DNA of 64,000 bases. Origin: a bacterium (lineage in GTDB: Bacteria; UBA8248). Under the pieces are notes generated by a model. The model did not search any database, was not told where the DNA came from, and was given only the letters and a program-made list of their open reading frames with translations. The stretch covers positions 1,888,001-1,952,000 of the forward strand of contig OZ253442.1 in the NCBI GenBank assembly GCA_965261085.1. The letters run 5' to 3'. Below, one piece after another: positions 49,884 to 60,072 of this stretch. Positions within the stretch are counted from its first letter, which is position 1. Each line of letters begins with the position of its first letter. Made by a program: the position numbers and the translations under genes.

Positions 49884-49988
49884 GCGATCCCTCCCGTCGA
49901 ACGCAAATTGTGTATGAGTCCGAATGATAATACCATATTTAAAAGGCAGTGGTAGGGAAGAGACGACTACGAACCGGGGAGTGACATT

Positions 49989-50831
49989 TTGTCGTTGAGT
50001 GACTCGCAATTAGAGGCTGTGTGTCATTTGTTGAATGATGGTTCACCGAGGGTGACGGCGGTTTTGGACCGCCAGGTTTCCGAATTCTCAATCGAGGAGC
50101 AGCAAAGACTCCTGAGCATATTGAAAAAGCGTGAGGTGAGCGATGTGAAACTGCCGCCATCGCTGAGGGAATTCCATTATAGGCAAATCGAAATTGCTTT
50201 TTCGGACTGGTCTCTTTCTTCGGTTGAAGATGTGGCTCTGGAAGATGCGTGCTTCTTGTTGGCGTCTATTGGCCATCCGCTCGAAAACATGGAAACGAAA
50301 AAAGACGAATTGCTGAGCATGGAAAATCATTTACGTAAACGTTTGGAGGGTATAAGTAAAGCCGAAGCTATTGTCGACGAAGTCGTGGAATATCTACACG
50401 GAGAGCTTCGCTTCGATGGCGATCGGGAGAATTATTATGATGCGCAGAATAGTTTCATGAGTCGCGTGCTGGAGCGCAGACGCGGCATTCCCATATCACT
50501 TTCCGCGTTGTATTTGATTCTCACCGCGCGATTGGGGCTTCCTTTTCACGGAGTCGGGATGCCGGGGCATTTTATCGTAAAATACCAAGCTGATGAGGAC
50601 CCCATATTTCTGTATCCCTTCGATAGGGGAAAACGCTTGAGTGTTGGAGATTGCGCGGCGATCGTACGAGGACTCGGGTATCATTTCGACATGCGGTTTT
50701 TACAGGAAACCCCTCCTCGCCGTATCGTGGAGAGAATGCTCAACAATTTGCTTGGAATTTATAAGCGTGATGGGGAAGATGAAATGGTGACCTGCCTGCT
50801 TCGCTGTCGAGAGCTGGTGCAGCGGGTATAG
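49989..50831 (+). CDS. SirB1/transglutaminase-like domain protein
   Basis: NSFMSRVLERRRGIPISLS, GVGMPGHF, RMLNNL. Confidence 0.85.
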   Translation: MSLSDSQLEAVCHLLNDGSPRVTAVLDRQVSEFSIEEQQRLLSILKKREVSDVKLPPSLREFHYRQIEIAFSDWSLSSVEDVALEDACFLLASIGHPLENMETKKDELLSMENHLRKRLEGISKAEAIVDEVVEYLHGELRFDGDRENYYDAQNSFMSRVLERRRGIPISLSALYLILTARLGLPFHGVGMPGHFIVKYQADEDPIFLYPFDRGKRLSVGDCAAIVRGLGYHFDMRFLQETPPRRIVERMLNNLLGIYKRDGEDEMVTCLLRCRELVQRV

Positions 50832-50855
50832 CACCTTCATAAGAGGAAAAACGGT

Positions 50856-51320
50856 ATGCACTACTTCGAGTTGGCTGAAAATCTGGCTTTCGGGAGCCAA
50901 CCGGGTCGGAAGGATTTGGAATCCCTGGCGAACAAGGGAATAATAACCTTGGTGAATTTGCGTTTTGCCGATGAGGAAGAGCCTGAGCTACCACCCGAGG
51001 CGGAGAGAAAAGCGGCGCAAGAGTTAGGGATGAACTTCGTCCATATTCCCGTAAGCGCCGCGAATATGGACGATGCGTTATCGGGAGAAATCCATGAAGC
51101 ACTCCATGAGACCAGAAAAGATGGCCCGGTATTCGTCCACTGAAAAGGTGTGGGGCGAGCCGGGATTTGCTCGCTGATTCATGTGGCGGAAGAAAATGAT
51201 ATGGGTGGAGACGAGGTGCTGCAAAAGGCGGACGAAATAGGGCTTGACTGGGCAGTTTCCTCCATTGGGGGATATTTTGAAAAATTCGCCAACCAAAGGA
51301 AAAGAACTGGCACATCGTAG
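50856..51320 (+). CDS. DUF442/BLH-type phosphatase-fold sulfurtransferase-like protein, probable selenoprotein (TGA at 51141-51143)
   Basis: SQP, VNLR, HIPV, GPVFVH-TGA-KGVGRAG matching the HCxxGxR-type loop; frame continues 58 codons to TAG; hairpin GCGAGC-N8-GCTCGC 11 nt after the TGA. Confidence 0.8.
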
Positions 51321-51338
51321 AAAAGTATTATAGCCATG

Positions 51339-51373
51339 AAAAAAGAGGGGAGTAAGTAACTCCCCTCTTTTTT
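51339..51373. terminator. Bidirectional intrinsic terminator
   Basis: AAAAAAGAGGGGAGT-AAGTA-ACTCCCCTCTTTTTT between convergent genes. Confidence 0.85.
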
Positions 51374-51384
51374 GTGGTCAACCT

Positions 51385-53076
51385 CTATTCGTCCGTCACG
51401 CATCCCTCGGATGCCGAAGATACGCACTTGGCGTACTTGTAGAGCGTGCCCTTAGTGAATTTAAGCGGTGGCGCGCTCCAATTCTCGCGGCGCCTCTCTA
51501 TCTCTGCCTCGGGCACTTTTAGTTCCGTGACGCGTTTTTGGGCGTCGATCAAAACGATGTCGTCGTCTTCGATGAGAGCGAGCAGGCCGCCGGTTTGGGC
51601 TTCGGGCGTGACGTGTCCGACGACAAAACCATGGGTGCCGCCCGAGAATCTGCCATCCGTGATGAGGGCCAGGTCGTTCCCGAGGCCAGCCCCCATGATA
51701 GCGGACGTGACTGTCAGCATCTCCCGCATACCGGGGCCGCCCTTTGGGCCTTCATACCGAATGATGACGACATCCCCTTTTTGAATTTTCTTTTCTTCCA
51801 AACCTTTGAGGGCGTCTTCCTCGGAGTCGAAACAACGTGCGGGACCCTCGAAACGCTCTCCTTCTTTTCCTGTGAGCTTGGCGACGGCGCCCTCGCTCGC
51901 GAGATTTCCATATAGGATTTGGAGGTGCCCCGTTTTCTTAATGGGAGATGCAAGCGGCACGATGACTTTCTGGCCGGAATGAAGGTCCGACAAGGCCTCG
52001 ATGTTCTCTCCGAGTGTTTTACCCGTGACGGTAAGGCAATCGCCTTGGAGCAGGCCTTCTTTTAAGAGTAGTTTTTGGACGGCTGGCACACCTCCCACGT
52101 TGTGTAAGTCTTCCATGACGAATTGTCCACTGGGCTTCAAATCCGCGATGTAGGGTGTTCTGTCGCTGATTTCCTGAAAATCGTCAATGGTGAGTTCGAC
52201 CCCGACGGCCTTGGCGATGGCGATGTAGTGCATGACGGCGTTGGTTGAGCCACCGAGCGCCATGATGATGGTAATCGCATTCTCAATTGCTTCTCTCGTC
52301 ATGATGTCACTGGGCTTGATGTCGTTCTCGAGCAAATGATAAATGGCTTTTCCCACATTGAGACACTCGTTTTTCTTGGCCTCGCTCATAGCGGGATTCG
52401 ATGCGCTGTATGGCAGGCTCATGCCCAGCGTTTCGATTGATGAAGACATCGTGTTCGCCGTGTACATGCCCCCGCAAGCGCCGCCGCTCGGGCAGGCATG
52501 CCGGATAATCGACTGAAAACGCTCTTCGTCAATTTTATCGGAGAAATATTCCCCGTAGGCCTGGAAGGCGGAAACCACATCCAACTTGTCCCCATTGAGA
52601 AACCCAGGGCTGATGGTGCCGCCATAGACCATCAGGCTGGGCCGATCGAGTCGCGCCATAGCGATGATGGAGCCGGGCATATTCTTGTCGCATCCGGGAA
52701 GCGTGACCAGGGCGTCGTACCATTGTGCGCCAACGACGGTTTCAATCGAATCGGCGATGAGGTCCCGGGATTGCAAGGAGTATTTCATGCCCTCCGTGCC
52801 CATGGAGATGCCGTCGCTTACCCCGATGGTATTGAAAATGAGACCGACCATTTTTTTGTCGGCATTCACGCTTTGCTTGATGTATTCGGCGAGCTTGTTG
52901 AGATGAAAATTGCAAGAATTTCCCTCCCACCACATGCTGGCGATCCCAATTTGGGGATTGTTCATGTCTATTTCATCCAGCCCCGCACCATAGAGCATTG
53001 CCTGAGAAGCGGCTTGTGATGGAGGCTGGGTGATGCGTCGGCTAAATCGGTTCAACGCTGTTTTCTGCTCCGTCAT
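51385..53076 (-). CDS. ilvD: Dihydroxy-acid dehydratase
   Basis: [52 protein letters not shown]. Confidence 0.96.
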   Translation of the reverse strand: MTEQKTALNRFSRRITQPPSQAASQAMLYGAGLDEIDMNNPQIGIASMWWEGNSCNFHLNKLAEYIKQSVNADKKMVGLIFNTIGVSDGISMGTEGMKYSLQSRDLIADSIETVVGAQWYDALVTLPGCDKNMPGSIIAMARLDRPSLMVYGGTISPGFLNGDKLDVVSAFQAYGEYFSDKIDEERFQSIIRHACPSGGACGGMYTANTMSSSIETLGMSLPYSASNPAMSEAKKNECLNVGKAIYHLLENDIKPSDIMTREAIENAITIIMALGGSTNAVMHYIAIAKAVGVELTIDDFQEISDRTPYIADLKPSGQFVMEDLHNVGGVPAVQKLLLKEGLLQGDCLTVTGKTLGENIEALSDLHSGQKVIVPLASPIKKTGHLQILYGNLASEGAVAKLTGKEGERFEGPARCFDSEEDALKGLEEKKIQKGDVVIIRYEGPKGGPGMREMLTVTSAIMGAGLGNDLALITDGRFSGGTHGFVVGHVTPEAQTGGLLALIEDDDIVLIDAQKRVTELKVPEAEIERRRENWSAPPLKFTKGTLYKYAKCVSSASEGCVTDE

Positions 53077-53227
53077 CTTCTTTTCTCCTTATTTACTCGT
53101 TGCCTTGCCGATACAACGATTCAAATCGCGATACGATGATTTTTCGTGTTTGAGACGAACATATTTTCATCAAATGGTAGCGTAGTCTCCAGCATATCTG
53201 AACAATACGACGACATCATGAATGACT

Positions 53228-54496
53228 CTACCATAACCTCAGGAAAATCGTGGATGGGAAGTCCTGAGTAGTATGGGGAGAAGACTTTTTCTTTGAAGGT
53301 TGTGATGACTTGGTTTCGGGAGGCACTACGGGGGGGCTTTCTATTTTTTCGGGGTTTTCCAATAACGAAGCGGCCATGGGTGTGTGAATTGGTGATTCTT
53401 CGGGGCTCGTCTTTGTTTGTTTCTCCTCATGATTCATTTTTTTTGCCAAGCGTTGATTCGTTTGGGTCCGTGTTGTGGTGAGGGCATTTTGTTTCTCGTG
53501 GGTGATTTCCATTTGGGGTTCTTGGCCTGACGAAATAGCCGCATCCGCCCGTCGGGTTTGGGTCGCCTGCACCTTTTGTTCAGGATGCGAACCATTGTGA
53601 TTAGGCGTCTGTTTCGGTTTTTTCTCGTTGAAATTCGCTTTTTTGATGTTTGGGGCCCATCTTTCTGCAGACTTGGAAGAGGGTGCCATTTTTGGTTCTT
53701 GGGCTTTGAATCTTCTTTTTTTCTTTGGGCTTTGTTTTGCTTTAGGTGTGGGTTTGGGAGTTTGTTTTTGGGGTGTTTGAACCCGATTTCTTTTGATGTG
53801 AATCTTTTTCCCTCTGCATTCGCGGAGACGGTCCAGACGTTGGGCATCCAGGGGTTGAGAACAGGCATCGCGCGCATTCGAATTATGCGCGATTTCTATC
53901 CCATCAATGAATCCATCCCCATCGCTATCGGCGAGTAATGGGTTCAAGCCGCGTGATATTTCATCTCCATCGTCAAGAAGGTCACCATCCGTATCCGCTT
54001 TGAGCGGGTTGGTTCGGTACCGGCGTACTTCCAGGGAATCGGAAACTTTATCCCCATCTGTATCTGCATTGTCAGGTTTCGTTTTATATTTACGATATTC
54101 CGTGAGATCGGTGAGTCCATCGCCATCCGTATCGACACATTGTTTTTTTTGTATCTTCTCTTCCGCTCGCTTGATGGCCGCACGCGCCCGCATGATGAAC
54201 CGGGTTAGTTGCGCCATGGTGGCGGTTCTTTTCTCCTCCACCGCCTGATAAACAGCGAAACGCGCTACTCCGAAGAGCACGGGGTCGCAAAGTCCCAAGT
54301 CGCCTTTTAGGTCGAGTTGGCCGAACTCACGGGTCAATTGGGTAAACTCCACTTCAATGGCGTTTTTCAGAATTTTGACGGAACCCGTTTTCACCTTGGG
54401 AAGGAAAGCGTCACTACAGCCGGACAGGCTTATCCCGATGGCGAATATGGTGAAGAGCGGTATCAATCTGAACAAATGCTTTTTCGCGTCATACAA
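53228..54496 (-). CDS. Putative lipoprotein with Ca-binding thrombospondin type 3-like repeats and a basic low-complexity tail
   Basis: LSGC lipobox; DTDGDGLTD, DTDGDKVSD, DTDGDLLDD, DSDGDGFID; K/P/Q/T-rich C-terminus. Confidence 0.75.
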   Translation of the reverse strand: MYDAKKHLFRLIPLFTIFAIGISLSGCSDAFLPKVKTGSVKILKNAIEVEFTQLTREFGQLDLKGDLGLCDPVLFGVARFAVYQAVEEKRTATMAQLTRFIMRARAAIKRAEEKIQKKQCVDTDGDGLTDLTEYRKYKTKPDNADTDGDKVSDSLEVRRYRTNPLKADTDGDLLDDGDEISRGLNPLLADSDGDGFIDGIEIAHNSNARDACSQPLDAQRLDRLRECRGKKIHIKRNRVQTPQKQTPKPTPKAKQSPKKKRRFKAQEPKMAPSSKSAERWAPNIKKANFNEKKPKQTPNHNGSHPEQKVQATQTRRADAAISSGQEPQMEITHEKQNALTTTRTQTNQRLAKKMNHEEKQTKTSPEESPIHTPMAASLLENPEKIESPPVVPPETKSSQPSKKKSSPHTTQDFPSTIFLRLW

Positions 54497-54631
54497 TTTT
54501 CAGTATCCCCACGATTCATCACTTTTGATTTGCATGCGCTCTATACTTGCGTACCATACATCAATTGTCGGCTGCATTTCACATCTCATTGTTGTTATTG
54601 CCATTATTTATTTCAACCCGGGGAAGAAGCA

Positions 54632-55405
54632 TTGAACAATTCCCAAATAAAACTCACCGAGAAAGCAGCGGAATGGGTTTTGGAATCTAACTCAACGGTG
54701 TGTCTTACCGGAGCCGGCATAAGTACTGAAAGCGGCATTCCCGATTTCAGGTCCAAAGGAGGGATTTGGGATCGATTTGACCCCAAAGATTTCGATATTC
54801 GCCGATGGCTGGCTTCTGGCGACATACAAAAACGCTACTGGGAAGTCGCTCAAGATGGGTACAACTTGGTCCGAAATGCACTACCCTCTGATGGACATAT
54901 CGCCTTGGCGAGATTATCCCGGCACGGTCGCTTGAAATTACTGGTGACGCAAAATACGGATGGCCTTCACCAGAAAGCGGGCCATGACCCGGAGAAGATT
55001 GTGGAGTTGCACGGGACGAGTCATCTGTGTGTTTGTGTGGGGTGTGGGGCTAAATTGCCTCGCCCCGAGGTGCACGTGCGGGTTCAGGGCGGTGAAACAA
55101 TACCAAAGTGCAAGGACTGTGGATGCCTGCTGAAGCCGGATGCCGTTTTCTTTGGAGAGGGGTTGTCCCCGGAAAAGTTGTCCCGGGCCGTTGATGCTTC
55201 TAAAGAGGCCGATGTTTTCCTGGTCGCCGGTTCCTCATTGTCGGTGAGGCCGGCGGGCGGCTTGCCCGAGCGCGCCCGCAAAGCTGGCGCGCGCCTCATC
55301 ATCATAAACGAAGGCCCCACTCGTTTTGACGCCAAAGCGGACATACGGATTCAGGGAAAAACGGGTGATGTTCTACCTGCGCTCGTAGATGCGGTTCTTG
55401 CCTGA
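54632..55405 (+). CDS. cobB: NAD-dependent protein deacylase (Sir2 family)
   Basis: TGAGISTESGIPDFR, TQNTDGLHQKAG, ELHG, CxxC...CxxC, GSSL; TTG start inferred. Confidence 0.93.
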   Translation: MNNSQIKLTEKAAEWVLESNSTVCLTGAGISTESGIPDFRSKGGIWDRFDPKDFDIRRWLASGDIQKRYWEVAQDGYNLVRNALPSDGHIALARLSRHGRLKLLVTQNTDGLHQKAGHDPEKIVELHGTSHLCVCVGCGAKLPRPEVHVRVQGGETIPKCKDCGCLLKPDAVFFGEGLSPEKLSRAVDASKEADVFLVAGSSLSVRPAGGLPERARKAGARLIIINEGPTRFDAKADIRIQGKTGDVLPALVDAVLA

Positions 55406-55570
55406 ACAGGTTCAGACGATGGATTTTTGATCTTCAATTCCCTGGATGATAGAGTCGGTGGCGAATCCTGGGGATATCCCCAGATTTGTATCGCCCGGGG
55501 ATTCAACAGATGTCCGATGACATCCTCTGGGATGTTCTTTGCGCTACAATTCTAAGAAGGAGGAGCGCTT

Positions 55571-56506
55571 GTGGCCACGCATGAACTGGATACCACTGTC
55601 GATACCTGCCATTGGGGGTTTTATGATTCCGCCCTCGCTCCCGTCATGACAATCGCCTCTGGCGATACGCTCGTCGTGAAAACCGAATCGGGGCGGAAAG
55701 ATTTTTTAAAAAAATATCCAGAGAGACTTTCTGAAAATCTCAGAAAAATTTTGGAGACCATGGAGCCGGGCCCGGGGGCGCATATCATGACGGGCCCCGT
55801 GGCCATCGAGGGCGCCGAGCCCGGCGACGTGTTGGAAATCAAGATTCATGAGGTCAAACCCCGCTATGATTGGGGCTACAACGGATTCAGACCCTTGGTG
55901 GGCGGTCTGCCGGAGGATTTTCCTTATACGAGAATGGTGATTGTCGAGGTTGACGAAGAGAACGGAACGGGTGACTGGGGCGCGGGGGTCAAGGTGCCGC
56001 TCGGGCCTTTTTTCGGGAATTTCGGGGTGGCGCCGTCTTCAGCGCTTGGGCGTGTGCCCACGATTCCGCCCGGGGAGTGGGGAGGAAACACGGATTGTAA
56101 GGAATTTACGGCCGGCTCGACGATTTATTTGCCGATTTTCAACGAAAGCGCTTTATTCTCCGCGGGAGACGGGCATGGCTGCCAGGGGGACGGTGAGGCG
56201 AATATCAACGGGATAGAGATGGGCCTCATCGGTACTTTCGTGATGAACGTTCGCAAGGACATGAACATCAAAACGCCGCGCGCGGAAACGAAATCTCACT
56301 ACATTTTGATGGGTTTTGATCCGATTTTGGATAATGCGGCGAAGATGGCTTTACGGGAGACGATTCAATTCCTGGGTGAGCTTCGCGGCATGAGCCCCGA
56401 TGATGCGTATAGGCTATGCAGCTTGGCGGTCGACCTGCGCGTCACCCAAATCGTGAACGGAACCAAGGGCGTTCACGCGATGGTGCCCAAATCTTTGTTT
56501 GAATGA
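55571..56506 (+). CDS. Acetamidase/formamidase family protein 1
   Basis: HIMTGPVAIEGAEPGD, GGNTD, GDGHGCQGDGE, SLAVDLRVTQIVNG. Confidence 0.9.
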   Translation: MATHELDTTVDTCHWGFYDSALAPVMTIASGDTLVVKTESGRKDFLKKYPERLSENLRKILETMEPGPGAHIMTGPVAIEGAEPGDVLEIKIHEVKPRYDWGYNGFRPLVGGLPEDFPYTRMVIVEVDEENGTGDWGAGVKVPLGPFFGNFGVAPSSALGRVPTIPPGEWGGNTDCKEFTAGSTIYLPIFNESALFSAGDGHGCQGDGEANINGIEMGLIGTFVMNVRKDMNIKTPRAETKSHYILMGFDPILDNAAKMALRETIQFLGELRGMSPDDAYRLCSLAVDLRVTQIVNGTKGVHAMVPKSLFE

Positions 56507-56531
56507 GTTTCATTTTTAGAAGGGGCCATCG

Positions 56532-57479
56532 TTGCCCGAGCACGTGATTACGCAAAACCCCGACAACATTCAGTGGGGTTATTATGACGCCGTACTTTCT
56601 CCGGTTCTCACCGTGGTTTCGGGCGATGTGATCGAAATTCACACGGAACCGGGAATCAGGACCCTTGAGTCTCCGATTCGAGAAAGAGCGTCTGAAAACC
56701 TGCGTCATATAGCCGAGCGCGGAAAGAGGGATCTGGGCGGCCATATCCTCACGGGACCCATCGCGGTGGAAGGGGCCGTGGCGGGAGATGTCCTGGAGGT
56801 GAGATTTCTGGATATCTGGCCGCGCTATGATTGGGGCTTTAACGTCATCCGGCCCCTAGCGGGAGGTTTACCCGAGGATTTCCCGTATTCGAGAACAGTG
56901 ATCGTGGAAATCGACGAAGAGACGAATACAGGTGACTGGGGAGCAGGCGTGAAAGTGCCGCTTAGTCCTTATTTCGGTAATTTCGGTGTGGCGCCGCCCA
57001 GCGATTTTGGTCGTGTTCCATCCACTCCTCCGGGAATCTGGGGAGGAAACATGGACAACAAGGAACTCATCGCGGGTTCTCGCGCTTATCTTCCCGTATT
57101 CCACGATGGCGCTTTGTTCGCAATAGGTGACGGACACGGCTGCCAAGGGGATGGAGAGAGCTGTCTGTCGGCCTTGGAATGCGGTATGTCCGCGAAAATC
57201 GAACTCATTGTCCGAAAAGATTTGAATTTGGAAATGCCCCGCGCGGAGACGACCACGCATCATGTTCTCATGGGATTCGACCCTATTCTCGATAACGCAG
57301 CCAAAATGGCTCTCAGGGAGACAATCAAGTTTTTGGGGAAATTGTGTGGCATGAGCAAAGATGATGCGTATACGTTGTGCAGCCTGGCCGTGGATCTGCG
57401 CATTACGCAGATTGTGAATGGGGTCAAAGGCGTTCACGCGATGCTGCCGAAAGAAATTCTTGATGAAGGAGTGTGTTGA
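56532..57479 (+). CDS. Acetamidase/formamidase family protein 2
   Basis: HILTGPIAVEGA, GGNMD, GDGHGCQGDGE. Confidence 0.9.
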   Translation: MPEHVITQNPDNIQWGYYDAVLSPVLTVVSGDVIEIHTEPGIRTLESPIRERASENLRHIAERGKRDLGGHILTGPIAVEGAVAGDVLEVRFLDIWPRYDWGFNVIRPLAGGLPEDFPYSRTVIVEIDEETNTGDWGAGVKVPLSPYFGNFGVAPPSDFGRVPSTPPGIWGGNMDNKELIAGSRAYLPVFHDGALFAIGDGHGCQGDGESCLSALECGMSAKIELIVRKDLNLEMPRAETTTHHVLMGFDPILDNAAKMALRETIKFLGKLCGMSKDDAYTLCSLAVDLRITQIVNGVKGVHAMLPKEILDEGVC

Positions 57480-58414
57480 TGGCGACTCATGAATTGGTTG
57501 CGAATCCGGATACCGTTCATTGGGGTCATTATGACGCCTCACTGGAGCCTGTGATGCGGATTCGCTCCGGCGATACGCTGGAGGTTCATACGGAATCCGG
57601 CAGAGAAGAATATCTGGCGGAACTCGGAGAACGGGCATCCCGGAATTTGCGGGATATTGTTTCGCAAGTCCCCCAAGAACTTGGTCCCCATATCATGACG
57701 GGCCCTGTCTCTATAGAAGATGCTCGGCCTGGAGACGTGCTGGAAGTTCGTATCCACGAGGTCAAGACGCGCTATGACTGGGGATATAACTCCATCCGGC
57801 CGATGATGGGAGGATTACCGGAAGATTTTCCGTATACGCGCACCGTCATAGTGGATCTCGATTTGGAAGCGCAAACAGGAGACTGGGGCGCGGGCGTCAA
57901 GGTGCCTCTGCGGCCGTATTTCGGGAATTTTGGTGTGGCGCCCCCGCCTTCCGTAGGCCGGGTGGGGAGCTATCCTCCGGGCGCCTGGGGCGGGAATTTG
58001 GATAACAAAGAACTCATTTCGGGTTCTATCGCCTATTTCCCTATTTTCAATGAGGGCGCGTTGTTTTCCGTAGGCGATGGGCATGGCTGCCAGGGAGATG
58101 GGGAGGCTTGCTTGACGGCCATTGAAACGGGCCTCTCGGGGACGATGGAAATTATCGTCCGAAAGGATTTGCACTTGGAAAATCCCCGTGCGGAAACCGA
58201 TACGCATTATATCTTGATGGGGTTTGACCCCATCCTTGATAACGCGGCCAAAATGGCGCTCCGGGAGACGATTCAGTTTCTCGGAGAGTTGCGAGGCATG
58301 AGCAGAGATGACGCCTATACGCTTTGCAGCCTCGCTGTGGACTTGCGGGTCACGCAAATCGTGAATGGCGTGAAAGGGGTTCACGCCATGCTGCCGAAAT
58401 CATTATTCACATAA
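57479..58414 (+). CDS. Acetamidase/formamidase family protein 3
   Basis: HIMTGPVSIEDA, GGNLD, GDGHGCQGDGE. Confidence 0.9.
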   Translation: MATHELVANPDTVHWGHYDASLEPVMRIRSGDTLEVHTESGREEYLAELGERASRNLRDIVSQVPQELGPHIMTGPVSIEDARPGDVLEVRIHEVKTRYDWGYNSIRPMMGGLPEDFPYTRTVIVDLDLEAQTGDWGAGVKVPLRPYFGNFGVAPPPSVGRVGSYPPGAWGGNLDNKELISGSIAYFPIFNEGALFSVGDGHGCQGDGEACLTAIETGLSGTMEIIVRKDLHLENPRAETDTHYILMGFDPILDNAAKMALRETIQFLGELRGMSRDDAYTLCSLAVDLRVTQIVNGVKGVHAMLPKSLFT

Positions 58415-58448
58415 TCGGCGTGCTTAGATTTTATAGGAGGGATAAAAA

Positions 58449-58811
58449 TTGAGCCAGAATGTTGCGCCGAAGCGGCCAGAGTATATTCCCGGAACGCCCG
58501 AGGAACTGGATGCCGTAATCGCGGCTCCTGATAATCACGAAATTATTTTCGAGAACGAGCGGGTCCGTGTTTTACGAGTGACGATCCAACCCGGCGAACT
58601 GGAAAGCGAGCATACGCATAAATGGGAGAGTGTTTTTACGATCGTGAATTTTCCGAAAATCAGCTATTGCAATGAAAAGGGCGAGGCTTGCGCCATCAGC
58701 GAAGATCGCAAAGAAGGCATTCCTTTCTGGCTGGGTAGAGAGGGTTTGCACGCTGTAGAGAATCATGGAGATAAACCTCTTGAAGCGATTCGCGTCGAAC
58801 TCAAAGACTAA
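58449..58811 (+). CDS. Cupin-fold protein
   Basis: AAPDNHEIIFENERVRVL, HTH, HAVEN, VELK. Confidence 0.8.
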   Translation: MSQNVAPKRPEYIPGTPEELDAVIAAPDNHEIIFENERVRVLRVTIQPGELESEHTHKWESVFTIVNFPKISYCNEKGEACAISEDRKEGIPFWLGREGLHAVENHGDKPLEAIRVELKD

Positions 58812-58922
58812 TTTCTAAGGTGTTGGAATTCTGCGCGCTCTCGCATGATTTCCCGCTGAAAAGGGAAGTCAGCCCAGTGCGCGTCTCATCGGAATTTTAT
58901 CGTACATATCAGGGAGTAGTGA

Positions 58923-60044
58923 ATGAACACTGAAAATAGAAAAAGAGCGCCCATCGGCTTGGCCATCGTCGGTTGCGGGACAATCGGTAGAGTCCGTGCT
59001 GAATTCGCCCGAGACTATCCGGGCGTCGAGTGGCTGGGCCTTTGTGACATCAACGAGAAAGTGGGGAGGAAACTCGCCGAGGAAACGAAAGCCGATTTTT
59101 TCACCACGGACTACAAAGAGCTTTTGGCCCGACCGGAGGTGACGGCTTCCATTATCGCCACGGAGGAAAACGAGCACGTAGATCCCATATTGGCTTCGGT
59201 GGATGGGGGCCATGCCTTGTTTATCGAGAAACCCCTGGCCACGAATGCGGCGGATTCCGCCCGGGTTCTCAAAGCCATCGAAGACGCAGGCCTGGATGCG
59301 GTTGTCGGCTATACCCAGCGTTTCAGAAGACGATTTTTGGTCGCCAAGGAAAAGATTCGCACCGGTCAATTGGGAGACGTCACCACGGTTGTCACGAGAG
59401 CGTTCATGAACCGCCTGGTGCCCATCGCCACAGTAACGAAAACTGAATACCGGGGCATCCTCACGCCGATGGTCGTCTCGGGGACGCACAGCCTCGATAT
59501 CTGTATGTGGCTGATGGACGGGAAAACGCCTGTCGAAGTCTATGCGCGTTCGATGGATAAGGCGCTCGGCGCTACTTATGGCACCAAGGACGCGACTTTA
59601 GGCATCTTCACCTTTGATGATGGCACGATATGGAGCATGAATATCTCATGGGCGTTGCCGACGGTTTGGCCCGGCTCCGTCTATAGCCTGGAAATCGGCA
59701 TCGTAGGCACCGAGGGTGTTCTCACCATCGACGACACGCATAGAGATTTAGTGCTCGCAAGCGAAAATGCGCAACCGGCGGGTTATACGCCCGATGTGAA
59801 GCGAAACGTCGATTTTCTGACGAGTTATCCACCTGGAGACATCGCATTCGGTCAACTCTGGGGTCCGATGCGAGAAGAAACCAACGCGTGGTTCGGGCGT
59901 GTGCATACAGGCCTGAAAACACCACATGCCACCGTACAAGACGGACACAGAAATCTGCTGCTCACCATGGCGATGGATGTTTCCGCAAACCGAAAAGCGC
60001 CTGTTCAACTTCCCATGGCCATCGACGAGTATGCGGAATTGTAG
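58923..60044 (+). CDS. Gfo/Idh/MocA family oxidoreductase
   Basis: VGCGTIG, FIEKPLA, VGYTQRF, GTHSLD. Confidence 0.9.
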   Translation: MNTENRKRAPIGLAIVGCGTIGRVRAEFARDYPGVEWLGLCDINEKVGRKLAEETKADFFTTDYKELLARPEVTASIIATEENEHVDPILASVDGGHALFIEKPLATNAADSARVLKAIEDAGLDAVVGYTQRFRRRFLVAKEKIRTGQLGDVTTVVTRAFMNRLVPIATVTKTEYRGILTPMVVSGTHSLDICMWLMDGKTPVEVYARSMDKALGATYGTKDATLGIFTFDDGTIWSMNISWALPTVWPGSVYSLEIGIVGTEGVLTIDDTHRDLVLASENAQPAGYTPDVKRNVDFLTSYPPGDIAFGQLWGPMREETNAWFGRVHTGLKTPHATVQDGHRNLLLTMAMDVSANRKAPVQLPMAIDEYAEL

Positions 60045-60072
60045 ATACTTCAAATGATAGAGAGGAAAATGG

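Noticed and set aside
20361-51143. Genome-wide reassignment of TGA to Trp or Gly (code 4 or 25)
   Set aside because: Many genes end at TGA at their expected C-termini (e.g. 3442, 12027, 28332, 55405), and all four internal TGAs fall at catalytic Cys positions
54317-54631. N-terminal extension on the sirtuin (similarly 38795-39010 on RidA, 49884-50009 on the TPP enzyme, 20893-21069 on the ABC ATPase)
   Set aside because: The extensions overlap neighbouring genes or promoter regions and are not protein-like; downstream starts fit family lengths
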